Shown here one piece after another: positions 1 through 7,734 of a DNA stretch of 33,968 nt (position 1 is the first letter of the stretch; each line of letters opens with the position of its first letter). The DNA is taken from IMG/VR virus record IMGVR_UViG_3300045988_136498, one strand, 5' to 3'. The notes under the pieces were generated by a model. It had not been told where the DNA came from, did no database searches, and worked only from the letters and a program-made list of their open reading frames with translations. Made by a program: the position numbers and the translations under genes. Source of the stretch: a virus.

Positions 1-99
1 ACGCTCGGGATATTAAGGGAAGACATGGGCGAATACTTCGGAAGCATGTAAGCGGCAAAAGAGAGGATCACGCGCATAGCGCGTCGCGAAAAAAAAAAG
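1..99. repeat. Terminal direct repeat, left copy (identical to 33870-33968)
   Basis: Exact 99-nt identity read directly. Bases 1-51 duplicate the 3' end of the CDS at 33705-33920, so the breakpoint falls inside a gene. Confidence 0.95.
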
Positions 100-254
100 G
101 GGACGCGCCGGTGATAACCTCCCAGCGGCGCGGACGAGGATGGTGACCGGGGAACGGAAGAATCCGCCGTGGACGGACGGCGGAGCCGTGGCTCGGGGAA
201 TTCGCGGCGCGCTATGCGCGTGGGGGAAGTGAAAGAGAGAAAGGGGCGTGTGAA

Positions 255-842
255 ATGAGGCGGATTTGGAAGATGTTACGAATGTTGGGGCTCGGCTGGG
301 TTGGGATGCTGCTGATCAGCGCGGGTATTCGAGCGGCGTCGAGCAGGCTGCTGCCGGAGGCGGCGGCCACGACGCCGGAGCCGACGGCGCAGCAGGTCAT
401 ATTGACGGCGGTCCAGCTTCCGACACCGGAGCCGGAGCAAGCACCGAGAAAGGTCGAGATCATCGAATACGATAACGACTTTTCAGAGATAGAAATCCTG
501 GCACGGCTGCTGTGGAGCTCACCGCTATACTGCGAGGGAGAAAAGCAAAAGCTCCTGTGGGTAGTGTTCAACAGGGTCGCGGATCAAAGCGACGCCTTCG
601 GATCGACAATTCACGAAGTCGTGAGCACGCATGAATTCACGTTCTATGATGAAAAGGCGCATCTTTCTGAGGAGAATCTCCGAATCGCGAATGCGGCGAT
701 GAATCAATGGAAGAGCGAACAAGATGGGCATTATATCGGCGCACACGTGCCGCCGGAGGGCGTCTACATTCGATTCGCAGGGGACAGGAATCGCGAGTTG
801 GAAGTGACCGCGGAGCCGGGTGGAGAGGCGCTCGTATGGTGA
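255..842 (+). CDS. Secreted or membrane-anchored cell-wall hydrolase, SleB/CwlJ-like (Hydrolase_2-like)
   Basis: N-terminal hydrophobic signal/TM segment (LGLGWVGMLLISAGI). Motif EILARLLWSS...GEKQKLLWVVFNRV...FGSTIHEVV...EFTF resembles the SleB-type hydrolase core. Confidence 0.55.
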   Translation: MRRIWKMLRMLGLGWVGMLLISAGIRAASSRLLPEAAATTPEPTAQQVILTAVQLPTPEPEQAPRKVEIIEYDNDFSEIEILARLLWSSPLYCEGEKQKLLWVVFNRVADQSDAFGSTIHEVVSTHEFTFYDEKAHLSEENLRIANAAMNQWKSEQDGHYIGAHVPPEGVYIRFAGDRNRELEVTAEPGGEALVW

Positions 843-1018
843 TTAAGAAAGCAATGCTGCATGCTGAGGTGAAGACGGGAACAGGGATGGTGTATACAGA
901 TCGGCGAGGGATCCTGCTGATCATTCCAGGACGCATCCCGCAGAAGACCGTGAGGATCACGGTCGAGACACTGCCGGCAGTAAAGAGGGCGGGAAGGTCG
1001 AGGAATGGCGAGATGTAA
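836..1018 (+). CDS. Hypothetical protein (60 aa)
   Basis: The ATG overlaps the upstream stop (ATGGTGA coupling). Same-strand operon context. Confidence 0.4.
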   Translation: MVIKKAMLHAEVKTGTGMVYTDRRGILLIIPGRIPQKTVRITVETLPAVKRAGRSRNGEM

Positions 1019-1391
1019 GCAGTGCGGCCGAATGGTGGCATATGTCCGAGGAGAGAGCGGGAGGACGGTGATAGTGGATCCGGAGCCGGTGTGGGTCATT
1101 CCGCGAGAGGGAGCTCAGGTTGTGACAACGATGGATGGACGGATCCGGAGAGGACGGACAGTCCCTAAAGGAACGCCGGGCGCGATCATGGCGTATGTTC
1201 CGCACTACACAACATGTATGCGGCGAAAGGAGATCAGCCAGCATGAGTATCGAAAGGCCCAAAGGGCCGCAAGGATTAAGCTGCCGCCGTTCAGAAAGAA
1301 AGAGTTGGAGAAAAGGCAGGAAGGGAGAACAGAGACCGCGGAGCAGATTCGGCTCTTCGGCGAAAGAGAATGGAACAACAAATCTATATGA
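1005..1391 (+). CDS. Hypothetical Zn-finger-like protein
   Basis: CxxC at the N-terminus (CKQCG) plus HxxxC (HYTTC); basic C-terminal tail. Confidence 0.5.
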   Translation: MARCKQCGRMVAYVRGESGRTVIVDPEPVWVIPREGAQVVTTMDGRIRRGRTVPKGTPGAIMAYVPHYTTCMRRKEISQHEYRKAQRAARIKLPPFRKKELEKRQEGRTETAEQIRLFGEREWNNKSI

Positions 1392-1606
1392 CGAAAGAGA
1401 TGTTCGTCGAGCGCTTTCTTGCGGATCAGCGGCGGCGGAACGGTCGGAGCGCGGCGCGCAGCTGGATGGACAGGATTGAAAAAGAAGAGCGTGAGCAGCT
1501 GGAGCAAGCGAGACGGATGGAGATAGAGCTGCATGGATATGAACGCGAGATGAAGATTAAATGGAGCAAGAAGAAGCGAGAGAGACGAAGAAGGGGATAC
1601 AAATGA
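1370..1606 (+). CDS. Hypothetical basic coiled-coil protein
   Basis: ORF in the operon. Its stop overlaps the next start (ATGATG/TGA). Confidence 0.45.
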   Translation: MEQQIYMTKEMFVERFLADQRRRNGRSAARSWMDRIEKEEREQLEQARRMEIELHGYEREMKIKWSKKKRERRRRGYK

Positions 1607-2115
1607 TGGCGGGAATGCGTGAAGAATTGGAGCGGGTAGCGGCCGCCGTATGCGACACGGTTTGTCACTATCGCATGACGGCGGTTGACGAAACAACGCT
1701 GGACGATATGTGCATCCGATGCGAGGTGGCGCATCGGATGAAGAGGCTTATGGATGCGGCGGAGCAGAAGACGCCGCAGGCAGAGCAAATTCGGAGGTTT
1801 GAAGCATTCTGGCGAGCTTATCCGCGCAAGGAAGGGAAGAAGAAGGCACTTCAAGCGTGGATGAAGATCGCGCCGGACGATCAGCTGACAAGACGCATCA
1901 TTTCGGCGGTTAAGGATGCGAAGGTTTCCGCCCAATGGCGGGAGGGCTTCATTCCGCATGCAGCGACTTACCTCAACGGAGAGCGATGGAACGATGAGAT
2001 CATGGAGCGGCCGAGGCATGGGGCGGCGCGGGGTGCGAACCGCGAATACGAGATGCATGCGGTGAGAGATGAGGACTTTGAATACTTAGATTTGGAAAGA
2101 GGATACGACGGATGA
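1603..2115 (+). CDS. Hypothetical phage early protein with a conserved Trp-rich C-terminal motif
   Basis: The motif FEAFWRAYPRKEGKKKA...IPHAATYLNGERWNDE recalls a module seen in phage replication-region proteins (recollection, unverified). Start chosen at the ATG coupled to the upstream stop; the maximal ORF starts at 1561. Confidence 0.5.
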   Translation: MMAGMREELERVAAAVCDTVCHYRMTAVDETTLDDMCIRCEVAHRMKRLMDAAEQKTPQAEQIRRFEAFWRAYPRKEGKKKALQAWMKIAPDDQLTRRIISAVKDAKVSAQWREGFIPHAATYLNGERWNDEIMERPRHGAARGANREYEMHAVRDEDFEYLDLERGYDG

Positions 2116-2480
2116 AGCGGATCTCATCAAGAAGGGCGAAGGCGTTGGAGATCCCGCAGAGCGTTAAGCGGCGCGTGTGGGAGAGAGACGGAGCGCAATG
2201 CATCCTCTGTGGGAACCGTGAGGCGATGCCAAATGCACATTATATCAGCCGCGCGCAGGGCGGGCTGGGTGTTGAGCAGAACGTGGTGACGCTTTGCGCG
2301 GATTGCCACAGGCGATACGACCAGAGCACGGAGCGAGAGATGCTGAGGAAGCTCATCAAGAGATATTTGCAAATACAATATGAGGACTGGAACGAAGAAC
2401 ACCTGAGATATAGAAAGGGATCCTTTATGGCGGGCGGCGCTGAAGCAGATGCGGAGGAAACGGAGGGCGAAGCGGAATGA
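2112..2480 (+). CDS. HNH endonuclease
   Basis: CILCG...NAHYISR...NVVTLCADCH gives the CxxC...H...N...CxxCH HNH signature. Confidence 0.85.
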   Translation: MKRISSRRAKALEIPQSVKRRVWERDGAQCILCGNREAMPNAHYISRAQGGLGVEQNVVTLCADCHRRYDQSTEREMLRKLIKRYLQIQYEDWNEEHLRYRKGSFMAGGAEADAEETEGEAE

Positions 2481-2680
2481 AGATCGGTACAGCTTGCGCG
2501 ATCTTCTTACAGATCAACAGCGAGAAATACACAGACGAAGAGAAAGGAACGGCAATTCTTGAAGTTCTGAAAATGCCGACGCATAACAGAATTTCAAAAT
2601 CTGCCATGCTGGAGGTTATCGGCTATCTTCTGAATTTAGCGTTTGACGTTCCGGAGGAAAGCGAGGTGGCGGACGAATGA
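2477..2680 (+). CDS. Hypothetical protein (67 aa)
   Basis: Start and stop both overlap neighbours (translational coupling on each side). Confidence 0.5.
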   Translation: MKIGTACAIFLQINSEKYTDEEKGTAILEVLKMPTHNRISKSAMLEVIGYLLNLAFDVPEESEVADE

Positions 2681-3131
2681 ATGCGGCGCTTCTATCCTCT
2701 AAAAATATATGCTGGTGTACGCCGCAAGACTTCTTCGACAAGCTGAACGCCGAATTCGGCTTCGTGCTTGATCCGGCGGCGACCGACAAGACGGCGAAAT
2801 GCTCTTTGTATTACACGCCGGAAACGGACGGGCTTTCACAAAGCTGGGATCGCGGCGGCGCGGTATTCTGCAATCCGCCTTACGGACGCGAGATCGGCAA
2901 GTGGGTTCAGAAGGCTTTCGAGGAAGCACGGGGGGGTATCCGATTGTCTTACTTATCCCAGCGCGGACAGACACAGCATATTTTCACGATTACATTTACG
3001 GGAAAGCGGAAATCCGCTTCGTGCGCGGGCGGCTACGGTTCACGGACGACGACGGGAACGCCGCCGAACACGCGCCCTTCCCTTCAATGGTAGTTATTTA
3101 TAATGGGGAGCAAATGAAGGAACGAACATGA
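2677..3131 (+). pseudogene. Phage Dam-like N6-adenine DNA methyltransferase (NPPY), reading frame broken at a G7 tract
   Basis: The 5' part (frame of 2677) reads WCTPQDFF...DPAA...FCNPPYGREIGKWV. The 3' part (frame of 2799) reads YPIVLLIPARTDTAYFHD...IRFVRGRLRF...APFPSMVV. The junction is the G run at 2930-2936. Confidence 0.8.
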
Positions 3132-3247
3132 AACGGTCTTTGTTATCTGCATACAGAGCCGTCTTGTAATGAGCGGGGATACAAGGGCGAAGCAGTATGT
3201 GTTGAGCCGGACGACTTTTGCAGCTACGGAGAGAGGGAGGAGACAAA

Positions 3248-3427
3248 GTGATAATTAGGACGGCGGCTGATAAAGACCAATGGTTTCTAACCCCGTGCAT
3301 CGGGATCATAAATGAAACCCATTATTACGGATACCCGGTAATTGATATAGCTTTTGCATGGCTGATCTGGCGGGCAAAGATACAGATTGGAGTGAGAAAA
3401 GTCAAATTCGAGGAGGATGCAGCATGA
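3248..3427 (+). CDS. Hypothetical protein
   Basis: GTG start 6 nt after GGAGGAG. The maximal ORF starts at TTG 3218. Confidence 0.45.
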   Translation: MIIRTAADKDQWFLTPCIGIINETHYYGYPVIDIAFAWLIWRAKIQIGVRKVKFEEDAA

Positions 3428-3498
3428 GGTGTGAATATTGTCCCTTGTCAGACCCGGAAGATGTCTGCCCGGAAGCAGAGGGAGCATACGGGATTTAA
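3424..3498 (+). CDS. Short Cys-rich ORF (24 aa), possibly the N-terminal part of the next gene, cut by an in-frame TAA
   Basis: The ATG is coupled to the upstream stop (ATGA). It shares a frame with 3541-3885, separated only by TAA 3496-3498. Confidence 0.4.
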   Translation: MRCEYCPLSDPEDVCPEAEGAYGI

Positions 3499-3540
3499 TT
3501 TAAGGATGGCGCATTAGGATGCAAACACCCCCGGAACTGG

Positions 3541-3885
3541 GTGGAAAAACGAGACAGCGAACATGACACCCTATACGGGGAAATGGGGATGGATATGGGC
3601 ATAGAGATGAACTTGACGGAAGAAGAGTTTGCCAAAGCCATAGAGATATGCAAGCACATGGTGGGACTGGATAGCGAAAGGCCATATCACCGACACGGCA
3701 AGGCTTTTTATCGGGCATACCGGAACTACTTCGGAGACGGGCCGGAGGGAAACATACTTCTGGATAAATTACCAGAGTGCCTATTCACGGTTCACCGGGA
3801 TGAGCGTGGAGCAACATATCATCTCACAAAAACCGGCTTGGAGTGGCTGGGGAGACAGCTGCACATCACAATAACGAGGAGGTAA
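3541..3885 (+). CDS. Hypothetical protein
   Basis: Coding-like ORF, but with no convincing RBS or start of its own (GTG 3541 or ATG 3583). Confidence 0.55.
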   Translation: MEKRDSEHDTLYGEMGMDMGIEMNLTEEEFAKAIEICKHMVGLDSERPYHRHGKAFYRAYRNYFGDGPEGNILLDKLPECLFTVHRDERGATYHLTKTGLEWLGRQLHITITRR

Positions 3886-4054
3886 AAATGATGACGATAT
3901 ATCGACGTTCGGACGCAGAAGATTAAAGACTGCCCCGATACGCCGGAAGGAGTGCATGACGATGACGGCCACGAACTGGAAAAGCTGGGCGTTAGGTATC
4001 TGACGGAAGAAGAAATGTTGGAAGAATGACGTGGTTACGGAGAAAGGAAAACGG

Positions 4055-4132
4055 ATGAGTAAAGAGTACATTGAGCTCTGCGCGAGCTGGAACACCAGAA
4101 GCGAGGCAGGGCGCGCGCAGACAGCGCCATAG
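4055..4132 (+). CDS. Short ORF (25 aa) paralogous to an N-terminal segment of the Rep protein
   Basis: RBS GGAGAAAGGAAAACGG precedes the ATG. KEYIELCASWNTRSEAGRAQ resembles KEIEVCAVWNAKSEAGRAR in the 5303-6208 product. A 19-nt exact repeat links 4099-4117 and 5473-5491. Confidence 0.35.
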   Translation: MSKEYIELCASWNTRSEAGRAQTAP

Positions 4133-4149
4133 GAAAGGAGCTATTCGAT

Positions 4150-4923
4150 ATGCAAGAGAACAAACACGGCTTCGAGCCGAAACAGGAATTCACGATGGGC
4201 GGGATCGCTTGGACGGTCATTCAAACGGGCGCGGATTGGGTGAAGTGTATCGCTTCCGATTGCGTCGAGGAACGCGCCTTCAATGAAGGGAAAAAGAACG
4301 ACTTTGCCGCTTCTTCCCTTCGTGCCTATCTGAACGGCGAATTCTTGCGCCGTCTGATTAAGGCGGGCGCGCCGGAAGAAATGTTCGAGTATTTTAATAT
4401 TGACTTGACCGCCGACGACGGCTTGAAGAATTACGGCGGCGATCGCGTCCGGATCGGGCTTATCACTTGCGAGGAATACCGCCTTTTGCGCGGCAACATT
4501 CCGGCGCTTCTGGATCGCTGGTGGTGGACGGCTACACCGGACAGCCCGATAAATTCTTACGTCCGATACGTCCATTCGGACGGCACGTTGTACAGCGGCA
4601 TCGCGCTCGCCGGCCGCGGGGGCGTTCGCCCGCTTTGCAATCTCAAATCTGAAATCTTGGTATCGTTCTTAAACGGCGAGAACGCAGAGGAACAGAAGAA
4701 GCGCGCCGAAGCCGTCGATATGATGAAGCATCTTGCCGCCGCGTGGGACATCGACGCGGTTGAGGTCGTGCGGTGTCGAGACTGCAAGCATCACAGAACG
4801 CTCCGAGATCGAGATATGTGTGCCAAAAACGCCGACATGCTTAACGGTCGTGAGGTGGGCTTGAGAGCCACACGAGCTGATGACTTCTGCAGCCGAGGAG
4901 AAAGGAGAACTGACAATGGATGA
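4150..4923 (+). CDS. DUF6273-like domain protein with a C-terminal Cys-rich motif
   Basis: WTVI...SSLRAYLNGEF...RWWWTATP...GVRPLCNL resembles the DUF6273 pattern. The C-terminus has RCRDCKHH...FCSRGERR. Confidence 0.5.
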   Translation: MQENKHGFEPKQEFTMGGIAWTVIQTGADWVKCIASDCVEERAFNEGKKNDFAASSLRAYLNGEFLRRLIKAGAPEEMFEYFNIDLTADDGLKNYGGDRVRIGLITCEEYRLLRGNIPALLDRWWWTATPDSPINSYVRYVHSDGTLYSGIALAGRGGVRPLCNLKSEILVSFLNGENAEEQKKRAEAVDMMKHLAAAWDIDAVEVVRCRDCKHHRTLRDRDMCAKNADMLNGREVGLRATRADDFCSRGERRTDNG

Positions 4924-5245
4924 ATACATAGAACGAGAAGCTCTGATAGCCAAATTTAAGCGGCTGGGGTTGGGCGAAAACAATCTTATCGAAAGAGTAT
5001 TTGCAGACGGAGTATATGCCATTATTGAACAATTCCCCGCTGCTGATGTTGCGCCGGTGGTGCATGCGTACTGGATTGGGTACGAAACAATGTCGTGGAG
5101 ACATGGGAGCCCCAAACGGCGTAAATACAATCGATGCTCAAATTGCAAAACTGCAAGCGCTGTTAGGAGCAAGGTATGCCCGAACTGCGGCGCGAGGATG
5201 CACGTGAGTATGTCAACACAAAACAGGATCACGACCAACAGTTAA
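4916..5245 (+). CDS. Hypothetical zinc-ribbon protein
   Basis: RBS GGAGAAAGGAG, and an ATG overlapping the upstream stop. The C-terminus has CSNC...CPNCG. Confidence 0.55.
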   Translation: MDEYIEREALIAKFKRLGLGENNLIERVFADGVYAIIEQFPAADVAPVVHAYWIGYETMSWRHGSPKRRKYNRCSNCKTASAVRSKVCPNCGARMHVSMSTQNRITTNS

Positions 5246-5302
5246 TTAGAGCGAGTCAATCAGAAGGCATGCCTTTCTCGACCTTGTATATGGTGATAAC
5301 AA

Positions 5303-6208
5303 ATGAGACAAACATACGGTGCGGAAACCTATCAGAGCCTATATGACATCGATATAGGAGAAGCGGAGTATCGAGACGCCATGGCGACGAAGGGCGTCAA
5401 GGTCTACCGCAGGAAGGAGATCACATCGGGTCCAATTAAGGAGATTGAGGTCTGCGCCGTATGGAATGCGAAAAGCGAGGCAGGGCGCGCGAGAGCGGCG
5501 ATGCGCAGCCAAAGCGCCGAGACGATCGAGCGCAGAAACCAGAGGAATGCCGAAAAGACGGTCGAAAGGATCGTGAACGCGAATTTTAAAGCGGGAGACA
5601 TCGCGCTCTATCTCACCATGAGGAAGGAGGCAGATGCGGCAGAACTGAAGAAGGCGTTAACATGGTATATCAGGGAGATCCGACGCGAGATGAAGCGAAA
5701 GGGAACAGAGGACGCGATGAGGTATCTGTACATCATAGAGCAGGCGGATCGGGACGGGCACGCGGTCCGTCCGCACATTCACATGTTCGTGACGGGGCAG
5801 CTTGAGCGGGACTGGCTCGAAGAAAAATGGCGGGCGAGGCATGGGATCGCGAACGCGACGCGCCTCGTGCCGGACGAAAACGGCCTATCCGGATTTGCGA
5901 GATATATCCAAAAGGCGAAAAGGGATGTTCGGCGGGCGCGCCGGTGGGCGTGTTCGAGAAATTGCGAGAGGCCGCAGCCAAAACGGAGCACACGCCTGCC
6001 GGGCGGTAAGGTCATCACGAGAAGGTTGATCGCGGACATTGTGAGCGGGAGAAAAGATGCGAAGGCGCTTTTCGAAAAGGCGTATCCTGGGTGGATCTTC
6101 GTGAACATGCGCGCGAAGATGAGCGAGTGGGTCGCGGGCGTATATCTGGATGTAAGAATGCGGAGGTGGAGCGAGAATGAGCAGACTGTATCGCCTCAGG
6201 CGGTATAG
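5303..6208 (+). CDS. Rolling-circle replication initiator, HUH endonuclease-like
   Basis: HUH-like motif RPHIHMFVTG and a downstream Tyr motif GFARYIQKAK. Sits at the end of the early operon. Confidence 0.6.
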   Translation: MRQTYGAETYQSLYDIDIGEAEYRDAMATKGVKVYRRKEITSGPIKEIEVCAVWNAKSEAGRARAAMRSQSAETIERRNQRNAEKTVERIVNANFKAGDIALYLTMRKEADAAELKKALTWYIREIRREMKRKGTEDAMRYLYIIEQADRDGHAVRPHIHMFVTGQLERDWLEEKWRARHGIANATRLVPDENGLSGFARYIQKAKRDVRRARRWACSRNCERPQPKRSTRLPGGKVITRRLIADIVSGRKDAKALFEKAYPGWIFVNMRAKMSEWVAGVYLDVRMRRWSENEQTVSPQAV

Positions 6209-6608
6209 AAGAGCCGTGCTAGAGAGGGCCGCGATTCGCGAAGAGATCAAGCGGACAAGAGAAGAGGGGGCGGAGGTGACGGAAGCGGTCCAGGCGTCGC
6301 TTGCGGAATTCCCTTACACGAAAACTCGGACAAGAGTTGAGGGCAGGATTCTCAGCGCGCGGGATCAGGAGAGGACAAGGGAGCTCGCGGCGATCGAGGC
6401 GGAACTGAACAAGGAGATCTGGGAGACAGAGAAGATGGTGGCGGATGTGCGAGATCCGCTGATACGCGCCTGTGCAGAGATCCATTATCTGGAAAATAAG
6501 ACATGGAGAGAGACGGCGGTCCTGATGTACGGAACGCCGTCAGCGATGGACACGGTTCGGATGATGGTCAACCGATTCTTTGACAGGAGGGAAGAAGAGC
6601 GCCGTTAG
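6177..6608 (+). CDS. Putative late-gene transcriptional regulator (sigma-70 region-4-like HTH, ArpU/RinA-like position)
   Basis: RBS GGAGGTGGAG. The C-terminal part (IHYLENKTWRETAVLMYGTPSAMDTVRMMVNRF) looks like an r4-type HTH. It is the last rightward gene before the packaging module. Confidence 0.45.
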   Translation: MSRLYRLRRYRRAVLERAAIREEIKRTREEGAEVTEAVQASLAEFPYTKTRTRVEGRILSARDQERTRELAAIEAELNKEIWETEKMVADVRDPLIRACAEIHYLENKTWRETAVLMYGTPSAMDTVRMMVNRFFDRREEERR

Positions 6609-6619
6609 GCGCTCTTCTT
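6592..6619. terminator. Bidirectional hairpin terminator between convergent genes
   Basis: AAGAAGAGCGCC-GTTA-GGCGCTCTTCTT, a perfect 12-bp stem. Confidence 0.7.
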
Positions 6620-6634
6620 AGATGTGCTGGGCGG

Positions 6635-6826
6635 TCACTCGGGGCGGAGATCACGATCGAGCTCGGCGGAGACCAAGCGGAGAAGGAGCGAGTTAACGCT
6701 TTCCCCGTGACGGTCGGCGTAATCCTTGATGCGCTGACGCTGACCCTTGGGGACCTTGAATTCGATTCGATCGAATTTCTGCAAATAAGCCTGAGCATAG
6801 GGCTTGTTGTATTCGTATCGAGACAT
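6635..6826 (-). CDS. Ribbon-helix-helix (Arc/CopG-like) DNA-binding protein
   Basis: IEFKVPKGQRQRIKDYADRHGESVNSLLLRLV fits a beta-strand plus two helices (RHH). It is the last gene of the leftward cassette. Confidence 0.6.
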   Translation of the reverse strand: MSRYEYNKPYAQAYLQKFDRIEFKVPKGQRQRIKDYADRHGESVNSLLLRLVSAELDRDLRPE

Positions 6827-6883
6827 GAAGAGATCCTTTCAGAAGATGCACGCGACGAGGCAGCTGTCGTTGTATATACTCAT

Positions 6884-7096
6884 TTAGAGTTTGAATGTGG
6901 CGACCTTTTCATAGTGGGCACCGATCTCAACATTCTTCTCGCCGATGATGTAAGCGCTGTAGCTGCCATCCTCGCCGAAATGCAGAAATTTAGCAGTCAG
7001 GCCGTCAGCCGTCATGCCGACGAGCGTTAGGGAGGCGATATCGGATGATCCGATGCCGTGCTGGGGGAAGTCCTTATATTGCTTCTTTGCTGTCAT
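6884..7096 (-). CDS. Hypothetical protein (70 aa)
   Basis: RBS GGAAAGGAA precedes the ATG. A repeated hairpin element lies upstream. Confidence 0.55.
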   Translation of the reverse strand: MTAKKQYKDFPQHGIGSSDIASLTLVGMTADGLTAKFLHFGEDGSYSAYIIGEKNVEIGAHYEKVATFKL

Positions 7097-7131
7097 AACA
7101 ATTCCTTTCCGGGCGGTTTAACCGCCACCCG

Positions 7132-7344
7132 TTATTCCACGTAAATAGTCAGGTCTTCTCCATCGATGCGGAAAGAAACGAGCGTCGCGTTGAGCTGCGC
7201 TTCATACGGCGTGTCCTTCGCCATCGGGTCTGCCACAACGTCGCCGAAAAGCTGCGTTTCTTCCTTCCCGCCGCGAGCAACGAAAATGCGGTGAATCGAG
7301 CTGGACGCATAAAGGAGCTTGTTCAGAAATTGTCGTACTTTCAT
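7132..7344 (-). CDS. Hypothetical protein (70 aa)
   Basis: Internal ATG chosen, downstream of the repeated hairpin element. The maximal ORF extends to 7389. Confidence 0.5.
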   Translation of the reverse strand: MKVRQFLNKLLYASSSIHRIFVARGGKEETQLFGDVVADPMAKDTPYEAQLNATLVSFRIDGEDLTIYVE

Positions 7345-7407
7345 TGGTTGTTCACCATTTCCGGGCGGTTTAGCCGCCGCCCTCGGCAATCGGTCGTTCT
7401 GTGGCTC

Positions 7408-7734
7408 TTACTCGTCGTCCTCGTCGTCATCGTCCTTGATGCGGTTTGAATCGAACATCGTGTCGTCGTAGCTGATGCTGTGGAAGGCGGCCCAATCAAT
7501 CGCGCCCGTGTCCTCATCAATCGCCCACTCGTTGAGATCCTCCAGGCGAACGACACCAACATAGATATGACGCTTGCGCTTTTCAAAAGCGGTGAGATAC
7601 CACCAAGCCAGATCTGCGGCCTTGTTCGCCTCGTCGAGCGAATCATACGCGTCCTGAAAGTCATCGCCGCCGAATCCATTTTTCGGCTCGTCAACCACGA
7701 TGTATTTGTGCTCGTTCTTGTTGATGTTCAACAT
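7408..7734 (-). CDS. Highly acidic hypothetical protein (108 aa)
   Basis: RBS GAAAGGAAGAG. Carries 29 Asp/Glu residues, including the C-terminal DDDDEDDE tail. Confidence 0.65.
   Translation of the reverse strand: MLNINKNEHKYIVVDEPKNGFGGDDFQDAYDSLDEANKAADLAWWYLTAFEKRKRHIYVGVVRLEDLNEWAIDEDTGAIDWAAFHSISYDDTMFDSNRIKDDDDEDDE

Noticed and set aside
212-571. Minus-strand 119-aa ORF at the window start.
   Set aside because: It overlaps the SleB-like gene and its leader, has no RBS, and has low-complexity Ser/Gly/Ala composition.
3496-3498. TAA reassignment (alternative genetic code).
   Set aside because: TAA clearly terminates other well-supported genes here, for example the capsid gene at 13605-13607, plus 3883-3885 and 33358-33360. 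A single occurrence does not support recoding.
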